Positions 1-9,741 of a stretch of DNA of 29,588 nt are shown in pieces (within the stretch, counting starts at the first letter, position 1; every line of letters starts with the position of its first letter). Both the position numbers and the translations under genes were made by a program. Under the pieces are notes generated by a model. That model had not been told where the DNA came from, did not search any database, and saw only the letters and a program-made list of their open reading frames with translations. Source of the stretch: an uncultured Puniceicoccaceae bacterium (GTDB lineage Bacteria; Verrucomicrobiota; Verrucomicrobiia; Opitutales; Coraliomargaritaceae); contig CAZUYZ010000049.1 of the NCBI GenBank assembly GCA_964624365.1, positions 1 to 29,588 on the forward strand, written 5' to 3'.

Positions 1-456
1 TAGTTCTTTCAGTAAATTGGCACAACCATCTTCGATTAGATCAAGTACTTTTTCGAAGCCATTTTTGCCGCCGTAGTATGGATCAGGCACTTCGGTCTCA
101 CTATGCTGAGTACAGTAGTCGCAAAAAAGCTTAATTTTAAAATGCAAGTCACCGCTAGGATCCAACAATTTTGCGCCTTCAAGGTTTTCCTTATCCATAG
201 AGAGTATTAGATCGAAGTCAATTAAGTCTTCTCGCTTTAGTTGCCTCGCCGTTCCAATAACTGGGATATTTCTAGCACGCATAACAGTCTGCATGCGTTT
301 GTCCGGAGGTGAGCCAACATGAAAGTCAATAGTTCCCGCAGAATCGATTTCAAATTGTTCGGAAAGCCCTGCCTGATCTACCAGATTTTGGAACACACAA
401 TGTCCGGCAGGAGAACGGCAAATATTGCCCATGCATAAAAAGAGAACCCGAGTCAT
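1..456 (-). CDS. Low-molecular-weight protein tyrosine phosphatase (partial; C-terminus runs off the window start)
   Basis: Minus-strand ORF starting at ATG (complement of 454-456) with no stop before position 1, so it is absent from the ORF track. The translation begins [23 protein letters not shown] and carries the CX5R P-loop motif CMGNICRS and a downstream DPYY, typical of the LMW-PTP/ArsC-like family. Confidence 0.7.
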   Translation of the reverse strand, partial: MTRVLFLCMGNICRSPAGHCVFQNLVDQAGLSEQFEIDSAGTIDFHVGSPPDKRMQTVMRARNIPVIGTARQLKREDLIDFDLILSMDKENLEGAKLLDPSGDLHFKIKLFCDYCTQHSETEVPDPYYGGKNGFEKVLDLIEDGCANLLKEL

Positions 457-512
457 TACAGCCGCTGAACTTTAGAGCGGATTTCTTGGATTCAAAGCTT
501 AAAATTTGGCGT

Positions 513-1496
513 TCAGCATTCAAACAGTTTAATATGCTCATTGGCAATGCGTTCAAGATCCTCAATCAAGATCACTTCACCCAGAGCGCCGCGTATTTTT
601 CGGGAGTTCGGCATTTCCTTGGTCAAACCAATGATCTTTGGCCGCATCCAGCGAATGTCTTTATGTCTTTGTTCTCTAAAAGGCCGTCCCATGATTTTAC
701 GTGTGTAATCAAGAATGGTTCCCCAACGCTCTGCAATTGTGGGCGGATCGGGTACGATGCCATGCTTTAGGTAATGTTTAATATCGCGAAAGATCCAGGG
801 GTAGCCAAGCGCTGCACGGCCAATCATAAGACCAGCGCACTTGGTTTGCTCACGAACTCGAATCACATCGTGCGCGCTGCAAATATTTCCATTGCCGATT
901 ACAGGTATTGAGAGTGTTTCAGCCACTTCCGCAATCAACTTCCAGTTTGCCTCTCCACTGTATCCTTGAACTTTGGTACGACCGTGGATCGTTAATGCCT
1001 GTGCGCCTTCATTTTCGACGATACGTCCGACTTCGTGCGCGACAATCGAATGGTCGTCCCATCCAGTGCGTATTTTAACCGTTACCGGAGTTTTTGGAAC
1101 CGCTTTGACCACCGCTTTTGTTACTGCACCCAGTTTTTGTGGAGTGCGCAACATAGAGGAGCCTGCATCCATACATATAACGCGTTCAGCGGGACAGCCA
1201 AAGTTTAGATCGATGAAGTCTGGATTTAGGCGATCGGCGAGCAGTTTGGCGGCATCTGCCATGGATTTTGGATTAGACCCAAAAATTTGTATACCCATAG
1301 GTCGCTGCTCAGGAGTGAAATCAACAGTTTCCCAGAGTTTGGGATCATTACGCTGAAGCGCATCGGCTTGAGCAAATTCTGTGACCATAACATCAGCGCC
1401 CTGGTCTTTACAAAATTGACGGAAAACGACATCAGTCACACGAGCCATCGGAGCCAGGTAGAGCGGGAATGTATTCTGCTTGAGCCAAGGTATCAT
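513..1496 (-). CDS. dusB: tRNA-dihydrouridine synthase, DusB-like
   Basis: 327-aa ORF with LAPMA..TD, NFGCP, KIRTGW, HGRT and IGNG motifs of the Dus family. The C-terminal region resembles DusB. Confidence 0.85.
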   Translation of the reverse strand: MIPWLKQNTFPLYLAPMARVTDVVFRQFCKDQGADVMVTEFAQADALQRNDPKLWETVDFTPEQRPMGIQIFGSNPKSMADAAKLLADRLNPDFIDLNFGCPAERVICMDAGSSMLRTPQKLGAVTKAVVKAVPKTPVTVKIRTGWDDHSIVAHEVGRIVENEGAQALTIHGRTKVQGYSGEANWKLIAEVAETLSIPVIGNGNICSAHDVIRVREQTKCAGLMIGRAALGYPWIFRDIKHYLKHGIVPDPPTIAERWGTILDYTRKIMGRPFREQRHKDIRWMRPKIIGLTKEMPNSRKIRGALGEVILIEDLERIANEHIKLFEC

Positions 1497-1620
1497 AAAA
1501 AGTCTATTTTTTTATTAATGGAACATCCACAGGTTCCACGTTTCTTACAAATATGAACTAAAACATCGACAAAATTATATTTTGCACAAAGTTTAATGTT
1601 TCACTAAATTAAATATAACT

Positions 1621-1851
1621 ATGAAAAAATACTTTTTAATACCTGTTTTCTTTATCGTTGCGCTCGCAACTGCAAATGCTGGATGTGGCTCATGTGAAAG
1701 CCATGGCGGTGCTGAGGAAAAGGCAAGCTGCTGTAAAAGCGACTGCAAAACATCCAAGTGCGATAAAGAAAAGAGCGACAAGGCTTCTTGCGATAAAGCT
1801 GGGTCTAAGAGCAAATCTTGCTGCCCAGAAGAAAAAGCAGCAGAAGAGTAA
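1621..1851 (+). CDS. Small secreted Cys/Lys-rich protein (metallothionein-like), function unknown
   Basis: 76-aa ORF. N-terminal signal peptide MKKYFLIPVFFIVALATANA with an AXA cleavage site. The ~56-aa mature part has 11 Cys (CxxC, CC, CxxxC) and is Lys/Glu/Asp-rich. It is followed by a strong rho-independent terminator. The alternative overlapping frame (1658..1936) lacks any such signal. Confidence 0.5.
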   Translation: MKKYFLIPVFFIVALATANAGCGSCESHGGAEEKASCCKSDCKTSKCDKEKSDKASCDKAGSKSKSCCPEEKAAEE

Positions 1852-1876
1852 GACTCGAATAATTCATTCTCACAAG

Positions 1877-1909
1877 GCCTTGATAGACGTCGATCATCAA
1901 GGCTTTTTT
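1877..1909 (+). terminator. Rho-independent terminator downstream of the Cys-rich ORF
   Basis: Perfect 8-bp stem GCCTTGAT / ATCAAGGC with an 11-nt loop, followed by TTTTTT (1904-1909). Confidence 0.6.
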
Positions 1910-1945
1910 GTGCTTTGCGTTATAGTGCAAGTATAACGCCGAAAG

Positions 1946-2100
<155 letters not shown>

Positions 2101-2142
2101 CTGCCAATTGTTTTTTGTCGCCTCGCGGTGCGAGGCTTGGAA

Positions 2143-2230
2143 CACCACCCGAGCCTAAAAAGAGTATTATACTCTTACTGATCAATGATCTGTCAACATC
2201 ACATCTCTTGGGTAATAAAGCTGTCAGATT
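2143..2230 (-). repeat. Tandem repeat copy 2: second promoter (TTGACA..TATAAT) plus 12-nt tRNA-Leu 5' fragment
   Basis: The minus strand reads TTGACAgatcattgatcagtaagagTATAATactctttttagGCTCGGGTGGTG. A 7-bp GC hairpin (2120-2136) and AATTGGCAG (matching the tRNA D-loop region) replace the tRNA body. Confidence 0.6.
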
Positions 2231-2243
2231 CGATATTCTTACC

Positions 2244-2678
2244 TCAATCCAGCGCTGCCAGGTAGCGTAGTGCTGAAATGTAGCCTTCGAAACCGAGGCC
2301 AGAAATAACCCCGATACATGCTTCTGCAGTTATGGAGTGACGGCGAATTTCTTCGCGCTGATAAATATTGCTAATATGTACTTCAACGATCGGGAGGTCA
2401 CTTCCCGCAAGCGCATCTCGCAAGGCAAGACTCGTGTGTGTGAGCGCACCCGGGTTAATGATCAGACCAAAGATTTCCGCGTCAGAGAGTTCGCCGATTT
2501 TGTCGATCAGGAAGCCTTCGTGGTTTGACTGATAGAATTGGGTGCCGATATTCAATTGGTCCGCTTCTTCGGTAAGCAGGTTTTCTAGATCAGTCAGGGT
2601 CTGGTCACCGTAAATCGAGGGTTCACGCTTACCCAAACGGTCGAGGTTTGGGCCATTGATAATGCAAATGCGTTTCAT
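2244..2678 (-). CDS. aroQ: 3-dehydroquinate dehydratase, type II
   Basis: 144-aa ORF. MKRICIINGPNLDRLGKREPSIYG and the HISN/IINPGA motifs are characteristic of type II dehydroquinase. Confidence 0.9.
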   Translation of the reverse strand: MKRICIINGPNLDRLGKREPSIYGDQTLTDLENLLTEEADQLNIGTQFYQSNHEGFLIDKIGELSDAEIFGLIINPGALTHTSLALRDALAGSDLPIVEVHISNIYQREEIRRHSITAEACIGVISGLGFEGYISALRYLAALD

Positions 2679-2780
2679 TGTTTAAAAAGAAGTCAGTTGA
2701 TAGCGACAAAGCGCTCGCTAAGTAAATTTCAGTTATTACCCAATAATAAGAAGCACTTCATAAACTATTGGCAACATCGA

Positions 2781-3539
2781 TTACAGCAGACAGTCGGTTT
2801 CGATAAAGCTCCATTCGACATTGAATTGTTCACTGACTTTTTCTGCCAGTGCTTTGACACCGAATACTTCAGTTGCGTAGTGCCCACAGGGATAGAGGTT
2901 TAGTCCGAGTTCCTGTGCCATGTTGAAATGGTGCTGGCGAAGCTCTCCGGTGATCAAAGTGTCGATATCGTTTACTTGCAATTGGTCTACTGCGCTCTGC
3001 CCGCTGCCAGTAAGGATTGCGATTCGTTTTGGGTGTCTACTGCCATATTCAATTGCTCCGAAGGTATTAGGGAAGAGCGCTTTGAGCCGTTTGGCCAGCT
3101 CCTGTCGCCCACCATCGGGACCAGCCACGATTGTTGCGATATCTGTGCGTTCGTAAGGCAGAAAACTGTCGATTTTGGTAAGATCGAGCGCTTTGGCTAG
3201 CAGGGCGTTGTTGCCAATCTCAGGATGACAGTCCAGAGGCAAGTGAGCCCCGTAGACTGCAAGGTTGCCGTCAAGCGCAGTTTTTATCTTTTTGCGATTA
3301 TGTCCGGTCAGCGGCGCCGGTGCATTCCAGAAAATTCCATGATGACAAATCAGGAAATCTATCTTTGCCGAAATCGCCTGCTCAAAAGGAATCTGGCCAG
3401 CATCCACCGCCGCGGCAATTTTAGTCACAGTCCCGTTATTTTCGATTTGCAGGCCGTTGTACGCACCCGGAAAATCTTTGATCGTGCGCTGTCGCGTATA
3501 CACGTCGCAAAATTCTACGATGTCAGAGAGTCTAGGCAT
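2781..3539 (-). CDS. Nif3-family dinuclear metal-centre protein (YbgI/GTP cyclohydrolase 1 type 2 homolog)
   Basis: 252 aa. The conserved His/Glu metal-ligand pattern (ICHHG, HLPLDCH, PCGHYATE) is typical of NIF3/YbgI. Confidence 0.8.
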   Translation of the reverse strand: MPRLSDIVEFCDVYTRQRTIKDFPGAYNGLQIENNGTVTKIAAAVDAGQIPFEQAISAKIDFLICHHGIFWNAPAPLTGHNRKKIKTALDGNLAVYGAHLPLDCHPEIGNNALLAKALDLTKIDSFLPYERTDIATIVAGPDGGRQELAKRLKALFPNTFGAIEYGSRHPKRIAILTGSGQSAVDQLQVNDIDTLITGELRQHHFNMAQELGLNLYPCGHYATEVFGVKALAEKVSEQFNVEWSFIETDCLL

Positions 3540-3562
3540 TTGATAAAGGATGTTTCGTGCAG

Positions 3563-5254
3563 CTAGACTGATGGTTGGTTTGCGTTGTGAGCACGGTTAA
3601 ATGCACTCACCAAAGCACGCAAGCCAGCAATTTCAATGCTGGCATCAATACCACAGCCATAGTATACAGAACCGTCAATGTGCTGTATTTTGATGTAGGC
3701 GGCTGCGTTTGTCGTGGAGCCACTGCCAATCGAATGTTGTCTGTAGTCGAGCAGGTTGAAGTTTTTATAGTTTTTCTTTTCAAGCCCCTCGACAAAAGCG
3801 CTAATTGGACCGTTTCCGCGCCCGGATATTGTAGTAGATTCTCCCATGAATTTGATCTGTGCTTCTATGCCCACCTCGTTTGCATGAGAAAAATCTTCGC
3901 GCTCAATCGAAATCAGTTCGAGAGGGGCGGTCAGGTTCACGTACTCCCGGCAGAAAATCGTATATACCTCATCGGATTTTAACTCCCGACTGTCCTCGTC
4001 GGCAGCAGCATTTACAACAAGGCCGACTTCCGGGTGCATTTGTTTTGGTAAATCCAGACCGAATTCACGCGATAGTATGTAGGCAACTCCGCCTTTGCCG
4101 CTTTGGCTGTTGATCCGAATAATTGCTTCGTAGTCACGCCCAATGTCTTCGGGGTCGATCAGCAGGTAGGGTACTTGCCAAAGCGTTCCCAGATCATCTT
4201 CCTTTGAGCGTAAATCCATGCCTTTTTTGATAGCGTCTTGATGTGAACCTGAGAATGCCGTGAATACAAGCTCACCAGCGTAAGGTTGCCGTTCGGGTAC
4301 AGGCATTCGTGTGATCCGTTCGTAGATCGCACGAGTCTTTTCAAGATCGCTGAAATCGAGGCCAGGATCGATACCCTGAGTGTAAAGGTTCAATGCTACG
4401 GTCACGATATCGAGATTCCCTGTGCGTTCTCCATTGCCAAAAAGAGTTCCCTCAATCCGGTCGGCTCCTGCCATAAGCCCAAGCTCTGTGGCCGCGACTC
4501 CAGTGCCACGGTCATTATGGGTATGTAGAGAGATGATGGCTTTATCGCGTTCTTTTATATTGCGACAAAACCATTCGATCTGATCGGCGTAGATGTTGGG
4601 AGTGGCGACTTCAACGGTGGCTGGAAGATTGAGTATGATTTTTTCAGTTTTGGTCGGCTGCCAAATATCCATCACCGCCTCACAAATTTCCAGAGCGTAG
4701 TCGACTTCCGTGTCAGAGAAACTTTCAGGTGAGTATTCAAGGCGAACATTTGTGTCTGAGAGGGTGGGCGCCAATTTCTTGATCAGCCTCGCTCCCTCTA
4801 TAGCAATTTGTTTTATCTCATCCCGACTCTTGTTGAAGGTAACCCGACGTTGCAGTGGAGACGTGGAATTGTACAGATGCACGATAGCATTGGGAATACC
4901 CTTTAGACTTTCGAAGGTGCGACGAATTAGATGCTCACGTGCCTGTACCAGGACTTGTACCGTTACATCTTTAGGTATTCGGTTTTCATCGACCAAACGG
5001 CGGATGAAGCTGAATTCTGTTTCACTGGCAGAAGGGAAACCGACCTCAATTTCCTTAAAGCCGATGGCTACCAGCAATTCGAAAAATTCTATTTTTTCCT
5101 CCACAGTCATCGGGATTGCCAAGGCTTGATTGCCATCACGAAGATCTACACTAGTCCAGATGGGCGCGTGTCTGATCGATGTATCAGGCCATTTGCGGTC
5201 CGGCAAATCAATGGCTTTGAAAGGTCGGTATTTAGCGATGTTGCCTTTTTGCAT
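3563..5254 (-). CDS. leuA: 2-isopropylmalate synthase (long, LeuA type 2 form)
   Basis: 563 aa. A DRE-TIM barrel with LHTHNDRGTGVAATE and GTLFGNGERTGN motifs plus a C-terminal regulatory domain. Size and N-terminus match actinobacterial-type long LeuA. Confidence 0.9.
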   Translation of the reverse strand: MQKGNIAKYRPFKAIDLPDRKWPDTSIRHAPIWTSVDLRDGNQALAIPMTVEEKIEFFELLVAIGFKEIEVGFPSASETEFSFIRRLVDENRIPKDVTVQVLVQAREHLIRRTFESLKGIPNAIVHLYNSTSPLQRRVTFNKSRDEIKQIAIEGARLIKKLAPTLSDTNVRLEYSPESFSDTEVDYALEICEAVMDIWQPTKTEKIILNLPATVEVATPNIYADQIEWFCRNIKERDKAIISLHTHNDRGTGVAATELGLMAGADRIEGTLFGNGERTGNLDIVTVALNLYTQGIDPGLDFSDLEKTRAIYERITRMPVPERQPYAGELVFTAFSGSHQDAIKKGMDLRSKEDDLGTLWQVPYLLIDPEDIGRDYEAIIRINSQSGKGGVAYILSREFGLDLPKQMHPEVGLVVNAAADEDSRELKSDEVYTIFCREYVNLTAPLELISIEREDFSHANEVGIEAQIKFMGESTTISGRGNGPISAFVEGLEKKNYKNFNLLDYRQHSIGSGSTTNAAAYIKIQHIDGSVYYGCGIDASIEIAGLRALVSAFNRAHNANQPSV

Positions 5255-5387
5255 GGCTCTATTTTTGAGATTTACTTAAACAGGGCTGTCGTTTGGGAAG
5301 TGGCGGATGCCAAGCATTTGAGGAATAAAAATAACTTCAGAACTTAATCCTTGTTCCTAGTTCGTTACTTTTGCAAGTTTAGACATA

Positions 5388-5957
5388 GTGACAGATCACA
5401 CTTCAGTATTAAACGACCGCACTGTTATCCTTGGTATAACCGGTTCCATCGCCGCTTACAAGGCTGCAGATATCACCAGTCGGTTGACGGAATTCGGAGC
5501 AAATGTTTTTCCTGTGATGACTTCGGAAGCATGTAAGTTTATTCAGCCGCTGACTTTGCAAGTGCTCTCGCGCAATCCGGTAGCAACAGACTTGTGGAAA
5601 GAAGGTGAAGGCTGGCAGCCCGGGCATATCGAATTAGCGGATCGGGCAGATCTTTTTCTTGTTGCGCCGGCAACTGCTCACTGCATTGCGCTCTTTGCTC
5701 AAGGGCTTGCACCCGACTTGCTCTCTTCCATTCACTTGGCAACTGCAGCGCCGGTAATGCTTGCTCCTGCAATGAATGGTAAAATGCTAAAACATACCGC
5801 GACTCAGCATAATATAAGCTTGTTGCGTAAGCGCGGTTATCGGTTTGTAGAACCCAAGAGCGGAATGCTTGCCTGTGGCTACGAAGGTCTAGGTAAACTT
5901 GCGGATGTTGATGTTATCGTGCAATCCGTAAAAACGTTTTTGGGACAGGAGCATTAA
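5388..5957 (+). CDS. coaC: Phosphopantothenoylcysteine decarboxylase-like HFCD flavoprotein (standalone CoaC)
   Basis: 189 aa. Matches the Dfp N-terminal half: GITGSIAAYK (flavin binding), GHIELADRADLFLVAPATA, PAMNGKM (PXMNXXMW-like) and the LACGYEGLG active-site Cys flap. There is no fused CoaB domain. Confidence 0.7.
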   Translation: MTDHTSVLNDRTVILGITGSIAAYKAADITSRLTEFGANVFPVMTSEACKFIQPLTLQVLSRNPVATDLWKEGEGWQPGHIELADRADLFLVAPATAHCIALFAQGLAPDLLSSIHLATAAPVMLAPAMNGKMLKHTATQHNISLLRKRGYRFVEPKSGMLACGYEGLGKLADVDVIVQSVKTFLGQEH

Positions 5958-6766
5958 AACAACAAACCGAAGAATATTAGTGGGCCGACGAGTAATGCCA
6001 AGTCGGTCAATATGCGGAAGAATTCTACGGAGAGTTTGTTTTTGCAAATTTGAATAAGTCCAAGCACTACCAGAGATGATCCAAAGGATAAGAACCATTG
6101 TTTGTTCGCAGAACTGAGTAACAAAGAGCAAGATATGTAGAGCGCTGGTAGTAATTTTGGCATGAATTGAGCCATTGAGTTCATGCTCATTGCGATATCC
6201 ACTTGTTTTTCTCTGGAGCTAATCATCAGGCAATTGATAAGGCAGATGAGCATCAAGATCCAGAAAGGCATCCAAAGGCCTTGATCTAGAGGGAGAAATA
6301 CAATCACACCTGCAGTATAAATGATAGCTACACAAAGCTCTTTCGGAAAAAAGCGACTGGAGAACTTTTGGTTGAGCCCAGTGTAGGCTAGACAGACCAT
6401 AAGCAGAATTAGGCCTTTAAAAAATTGCAATTTTGTTAAGCCGATGAATGCGATGCCGACATTTATTATAAGAGTGCCAATCCAGATTTTCCAAAGCGTT
6501 TGCGAGTGTTTTTTTGCGAAGCGATGCCGGACGGAATGTAGCTGTGCCACAGGGCGCTTTGCGACATCGAGCAGACGATCCGCCATATAGGTTAACCATA
6601 CGGACAGACCTAGCACGTTGGCAGTCGCAAAATGGACATCCACGCCCGAAGCTGAAGCAAAGACTGCCTGCCAGCAAAGTGAGATCGCTACAGCATCCGC
6701 TGCCAAAGCGTTCGGCAAACAGAAAAATTTAATGTATGGAGTTTTGAACATAAGAACATTAAACAA
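5954..6766 (-). CDS. Polytopic membrane protein, UbiA-superfamily prenyltransferase-like
   Basis: 270 aa with about 7-8 hydrophobic helices. The segment YMADRLLDVAKRP resembles the first Asp-rich motif of UbiA (NDYADRKFD..KR..NRP). It overlaps coaC by 4 bp convergently. Codon use is AT-rich. Confidence 0.4.
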   Translation of the reverse strand: MFNVLMFKTPYIKFFCLPNALAADAVAISLCWQAVFASASGVDVHFATANVLGLSVWLTYMADRLLDVAKRPVAQLHSVRHRFAKKHSQTLWKIWIGTLIINVGIAFIGLTKLQFFKGLILLMVCLAYTGLNQKFSSRFFPKELCVAIIYTAGVIVFLPLDQGLWMPFWILMLICLINCLMISSREKQVDIAMSMNSMAQFMPKLLPALYISCSLLLSSANKQWFLSFGSSLVVLGLIQICKNKLSVEFFRILTDLALLVGPLIFFGLLF

Positions 6767-6859
6767 ATCCGGGAGTATTCGGTATTCTCAAATTCTTGTA
6801 TTCACTCCGATTTTTGTTGACGACACATTATATGTAGACAGCAATTCTGTTTCCCTTAA

Positions 6860-6936
<77 letters not shown>

Positions 6937-7067
6937 TCAGTTCGGTATAGATTGGGCTGATTTTCAGACTCTACTTGTGAGGTGCACACTATTCACGTTG
7001 TAGTACGCAAAATACCTTCAACAGTTGCAGTGTCTTGGCCTTTGGGCTCTGAACAAGAGCTCCGCTT

Positions 7068-8219
7068 TTACTGAATGACAGAAGAAAGGTTGAAAATCGG
7101 TAAAAACATGGCAATAACGATGCTACCGACGACGACACCAAGGAAGCTGATTAGTAGTGGTTCCATAAGCGACGTGAGTGCAGAAACTAGTGTATCGACT
7201 TCATTATCATAGAAATCGGACACCTTTACCATCATGCCATCAACATTTCCAGTCTGCTCACCAGCGCGTGCCATGTGTTTGATCATCGGTGGGAAGTAGG
7301 GATCCTGATTAATTACATCAGAAAGTTGCCCACCTTGATTGATCTGTTTGGAAATTTTTGAACAGGCATTTTCGACGTAAGTGTTGCCGGAGGCGCTGCG
7401 TACAATATCAAGTGTCTGCAAAATGGGAACGCCTGCGCGGACAAGTATGGCATAAGTTCGGCAGAAGCGTGAAAGAGAAACTTTGCGGACTAGCTCCCCA
7501 ATGACGGGCACCTTCGCAAGTAACTGGTCTTTTCTCAATCGCCCTTTTGGGGTAGATGCCAGGTGTTTTGTGCAAAAGAAAAGACCGATTGCTGCGGCTA
7601 TTAGGTATAAGATATTTGATTTTATGAAGGAACTGGTGCCAATCAATATCTGAGTTGGTTTGGGCAATTCCTGATCAAACCCTTCAAACATCTCAGCGAA
7701 GACTGGTATGACGAATGTCAGCATAACAATAACCAGAATAATTGCGATACTAATAACGATCGCCGGATAGGTCATTGCGCCTTTGATTCGCTTGGTTAGT
7801 TTAACCGTTTCTTCAAAATAGAGTGATGTTTTGTCGAGGATCTCGGCAAGATTACCACTGGCTTCGCCTGCCTGAATCATGGAAATAAACATCTTTGGAA
7901 AAGCACGAGGATAGTCGGCACATGCTTCTGACAAAGTGCGGCCAGCAGAAACTTCATTTTTTACATTGCGAATGATTATCTGGAAAATTGGATTTTGCGT
8001 TTGATCCTGTATCGCATCAAGAGCGTTAACTAGTGTTATACCCGCTTCCAACATTGCGGCTAGTTGCTGCGTAAATACGGTTAATTCCTGTAGTTTAATT
8101 TTCTTTTTCGGCGCCTTTTTTTCATAAGCTTTTTGTTTAGCAAGCCTCTGACCTTCAGCAAAAGTTGTCTTTTTTTTAGCGGAGTTTGATGAATTATTTG
8201 TTAGGATAGCCATATTCAA
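7068..8219 (-). CDS. Type II secretion / type IV pilus platform protein, GspF/PilC family
   Basis: 383 aa with two T2SS-F domains, each followed by TM helices. The basic N-terminus and QQLA.ML.AG..L motifs are typical of the family. Confidence 0.85.
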   Translation of the reverse strand: MNMAILTNNSSNSAKKKTTFAEGQRLAKQKAYEKKAPKKKIKLQELTVFTQQLAAMLEAGITLVNALDAIQDQTQNPIFQIIIRNVKNEVSAGRTLSEACADYPRAFPKMFISMIQAGEASGNLAEILDKTSLYFEETVKLTKRIKGAMTYPAIVISIAIILVIVMLTFVIPVFAEMFEGFDQELPKPTQILIGTSSFIKSNILYLIAAAIGLFFCTKHLASTPKGRLRKDQLLAKVPVIGELVRKVSLSRFCRTYAILVRAGVPILQTLDIVRSASGNTYVENACSKISKQINQGGQLSDVINQDPYFPPMIKHMARAGEQTGNVDGMMVKVSDFYDNEVDTLVSALTSLMEPLLISFLGVVVGSIVIAMFLPIFNLSSVIQ

Positions 8220-8312
8220 TAAATTTTAAATGAAACCTTAAATAGCTCATAACTTATTTCCCTTGCTTGCAAGTATTTGAAGTAAGCAATTTAAAGTTTT
8301 TTCACCTAAACA

Positions 8313-8750
8313 CTACTTGCCCATTAGTTCTTCCAGGTGCGTCACATAGGTATCAGGACCGCCGGATTTGTAACCCGTTTTACCAATTAGTTCGCCTTCA
8401 TTCGATAGCAATAAGATAGTAGGAAAGCCGCGAATCCCATATTTATCTGCAAGCGCCTCGTTTTGCGCCTTGAGCGCCTCGGATTGCGACTTTTTGCGAG
8501 GAAAGTCAATTTCAACCAGTATCAGTTCATTTTCTGTAAACTGCTGGAAAGCATCCTGACTGAACACTTCCTTCTCTAGTTTTATGCACCAACCACACCA
8601 GTCTGACCCGGTAAAATTAACGAGGATAACTTTTTTCTGAGCTTTCGCCTCAGCCAATGCAGCCTTAAAATCAGTTTTCCATGCACTTTCTGCATAAGCA
8701 AAAGTAAAACCTAGAAAAAAAAGCGTGATTATTGTATTTTTAAATTTCAT
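8313..8750 (-). CDS. Secreted thioredoxin-fold protein (CGWC active site)
   Basis: 145 aa. Signal peptide MKFKNTIITLFFLGFTFAYA, then a thioredoxin-like fold with the WCGWC redox motif (VNFTGSDWCGWC) and a GFPT cis-Pro loop. Confidence 0.65.
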   Translation of the reverse strand: MKFKNTIITLFFLGFTFAYAESAWKTDFKAALAEAKAQKKVILVNFTGSDWCGWCIKLEKEVFSQDAFQQFTENELILVEIDFPRKKSQSEALKAQNEALADKYGIRGFPTILLLSNEGELIGKTGYKSGGPDTYVTHLEELMGK

Positions 8751-8946
8751 GTGAGCTTTAGAAGAGTTAGACTGGCAAATATTCCCATTAAGTTTTTACC
8801 AGCAATGCTTATTCTGTCAGTAATGGTGCATGTCCATCCTGTGCAAACACACTGGCTGCCTCAAAGTAAATAAAATACTGATCAAGTTAAAATTCTTTTT
8901 TGGAACAAAAATTGCAAATTGGAAAACTAAGTTGATAGTTAAAACT

Positions 8947-9609
8947 ATGAACTTTTTGTTACTAATTATCGTACCCGTACTTGTGGGCCTTTGGGCTCAA
9001 ATGAAAGTCAAAAACGCCTACGGAAAATATGTGCAAATCCCTTCCAGAGGAGGTATTACTGGTCGTGAGGCAGCTCGAGCAGTTATGCAGAGCGCCGGCA
9101 TCCAAGATGTTGAAATTGTTCAGTGCCGTGGAACGCTGACCGATCACTATGATCCCACGCACAAGCGACTTGCGCTCAGCGAAGCAAATTACCGGGGAAG
9201 TAGTCTCGCAGCGCTTGGAGTCGCCGCTCACGAAGCAGGGCATGCTATTCAACATAAACAAGCTTACGCGCCTCTAAATCTTCGCATGTCGCTAATTCCC
9301 GTTACCAACATAGCCTCTCAGTTTTTGCCGATGATTATGTTTGGTGGTTTTTTCTTTGGGTTGGGGCCCGTAATGATCAATCTTGGAATCGTTGTATATC
9401 TGGTACTAACTGTTTTTCAACTGATCACTCTGCCGGTGGAATTCGATGCTAGTAAACGCGCAAAGGCACAGCTTGTAAATCTTGGAATTATTGAAAGTGA
9501 CGAACTAGTCGGAGTTAATAAGACACTGGACGCGGCGGCCTACACTTACGTTGCTGCTTTCATTTCAAGCCTCGGGTGGTTACTTTACTTCATTGCTGCG
9601 CGCCGATAA
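8947..9609 (+). CDS. Putative neutral zinc metallopeptidase (YugP-like, Zn_peptidase_2 family), membrane-anchored
   Basis: HEAGHAIQH (HExxH) motif. N-terminal TM MNFLLLIIVPVLVGLWAQ and two C-terminal TM helices. The start is trimmed from the track's 8830 to the Met at 8947, where the family-conserved N-terminus begins; the extra 39 aa are AT-rich low-complexity. Confidence 0.75.
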   Translation: MNFLLLIIVPVLVGLWAQMKVKNAYGKYVQIPSRGGITGREAARAVMQSAGIQDVEIVQCRGTLTDHYDPTHKRLALSEANYRGSSLAALGVAAHEAGHAIQHKQAYAPLNLRMSLIPVTNIASQFLPMIMFGGFFFGLGPVMINLGIVVYLVLTVFQLITLPVEFDASKRAKAQLVNLGIIESDELVGVNKTLDAAAYTYVAAFISSLGWLLYFIAARR

Positions 9610-9741
9610 AACTATCTATACAGACGCAGGTTTAGTAATTTGGCAGTTCCATGGCTAAAAGATGAGTTAAAAGTTATAAAGAGAGTGTACTGCCGTCCAA
9701 GTTTTTCTAAAACATGGACTTACTTCTCTTTACGCACCCTT

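Noticed and set aside
973-1556. Several 68-127-aa ORFs antisense or out of frame within dusB
   Set aside because: They are fully contained in a strongly supported Dus gene, with no independent signals.
1658-1936. 92-aa ORF in the +2 frame overlapping the Cys-rich gene and its terminator (basic Lys/Arg/Ala-rich product)
   Set aside because: It is a frame shadow of a Lys-codon-rich region. It has no signal peptide or motif, and it runs through the terminator hairpin. The +1 frame has a bona fide signal peptide and stops before the terminator.
4931-5536. 138-aa and 61-aa ORFs spanning the leuA 5' end and the leuA-coaC intergenic region; possible leucine leader or T-box
   Set aside because: They overlap the leuA N-terminal coding region antisense. 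I saw no Leu-codon-rich leader peptide and no T-box specifier or antiterminator features in the 133-bp gap.
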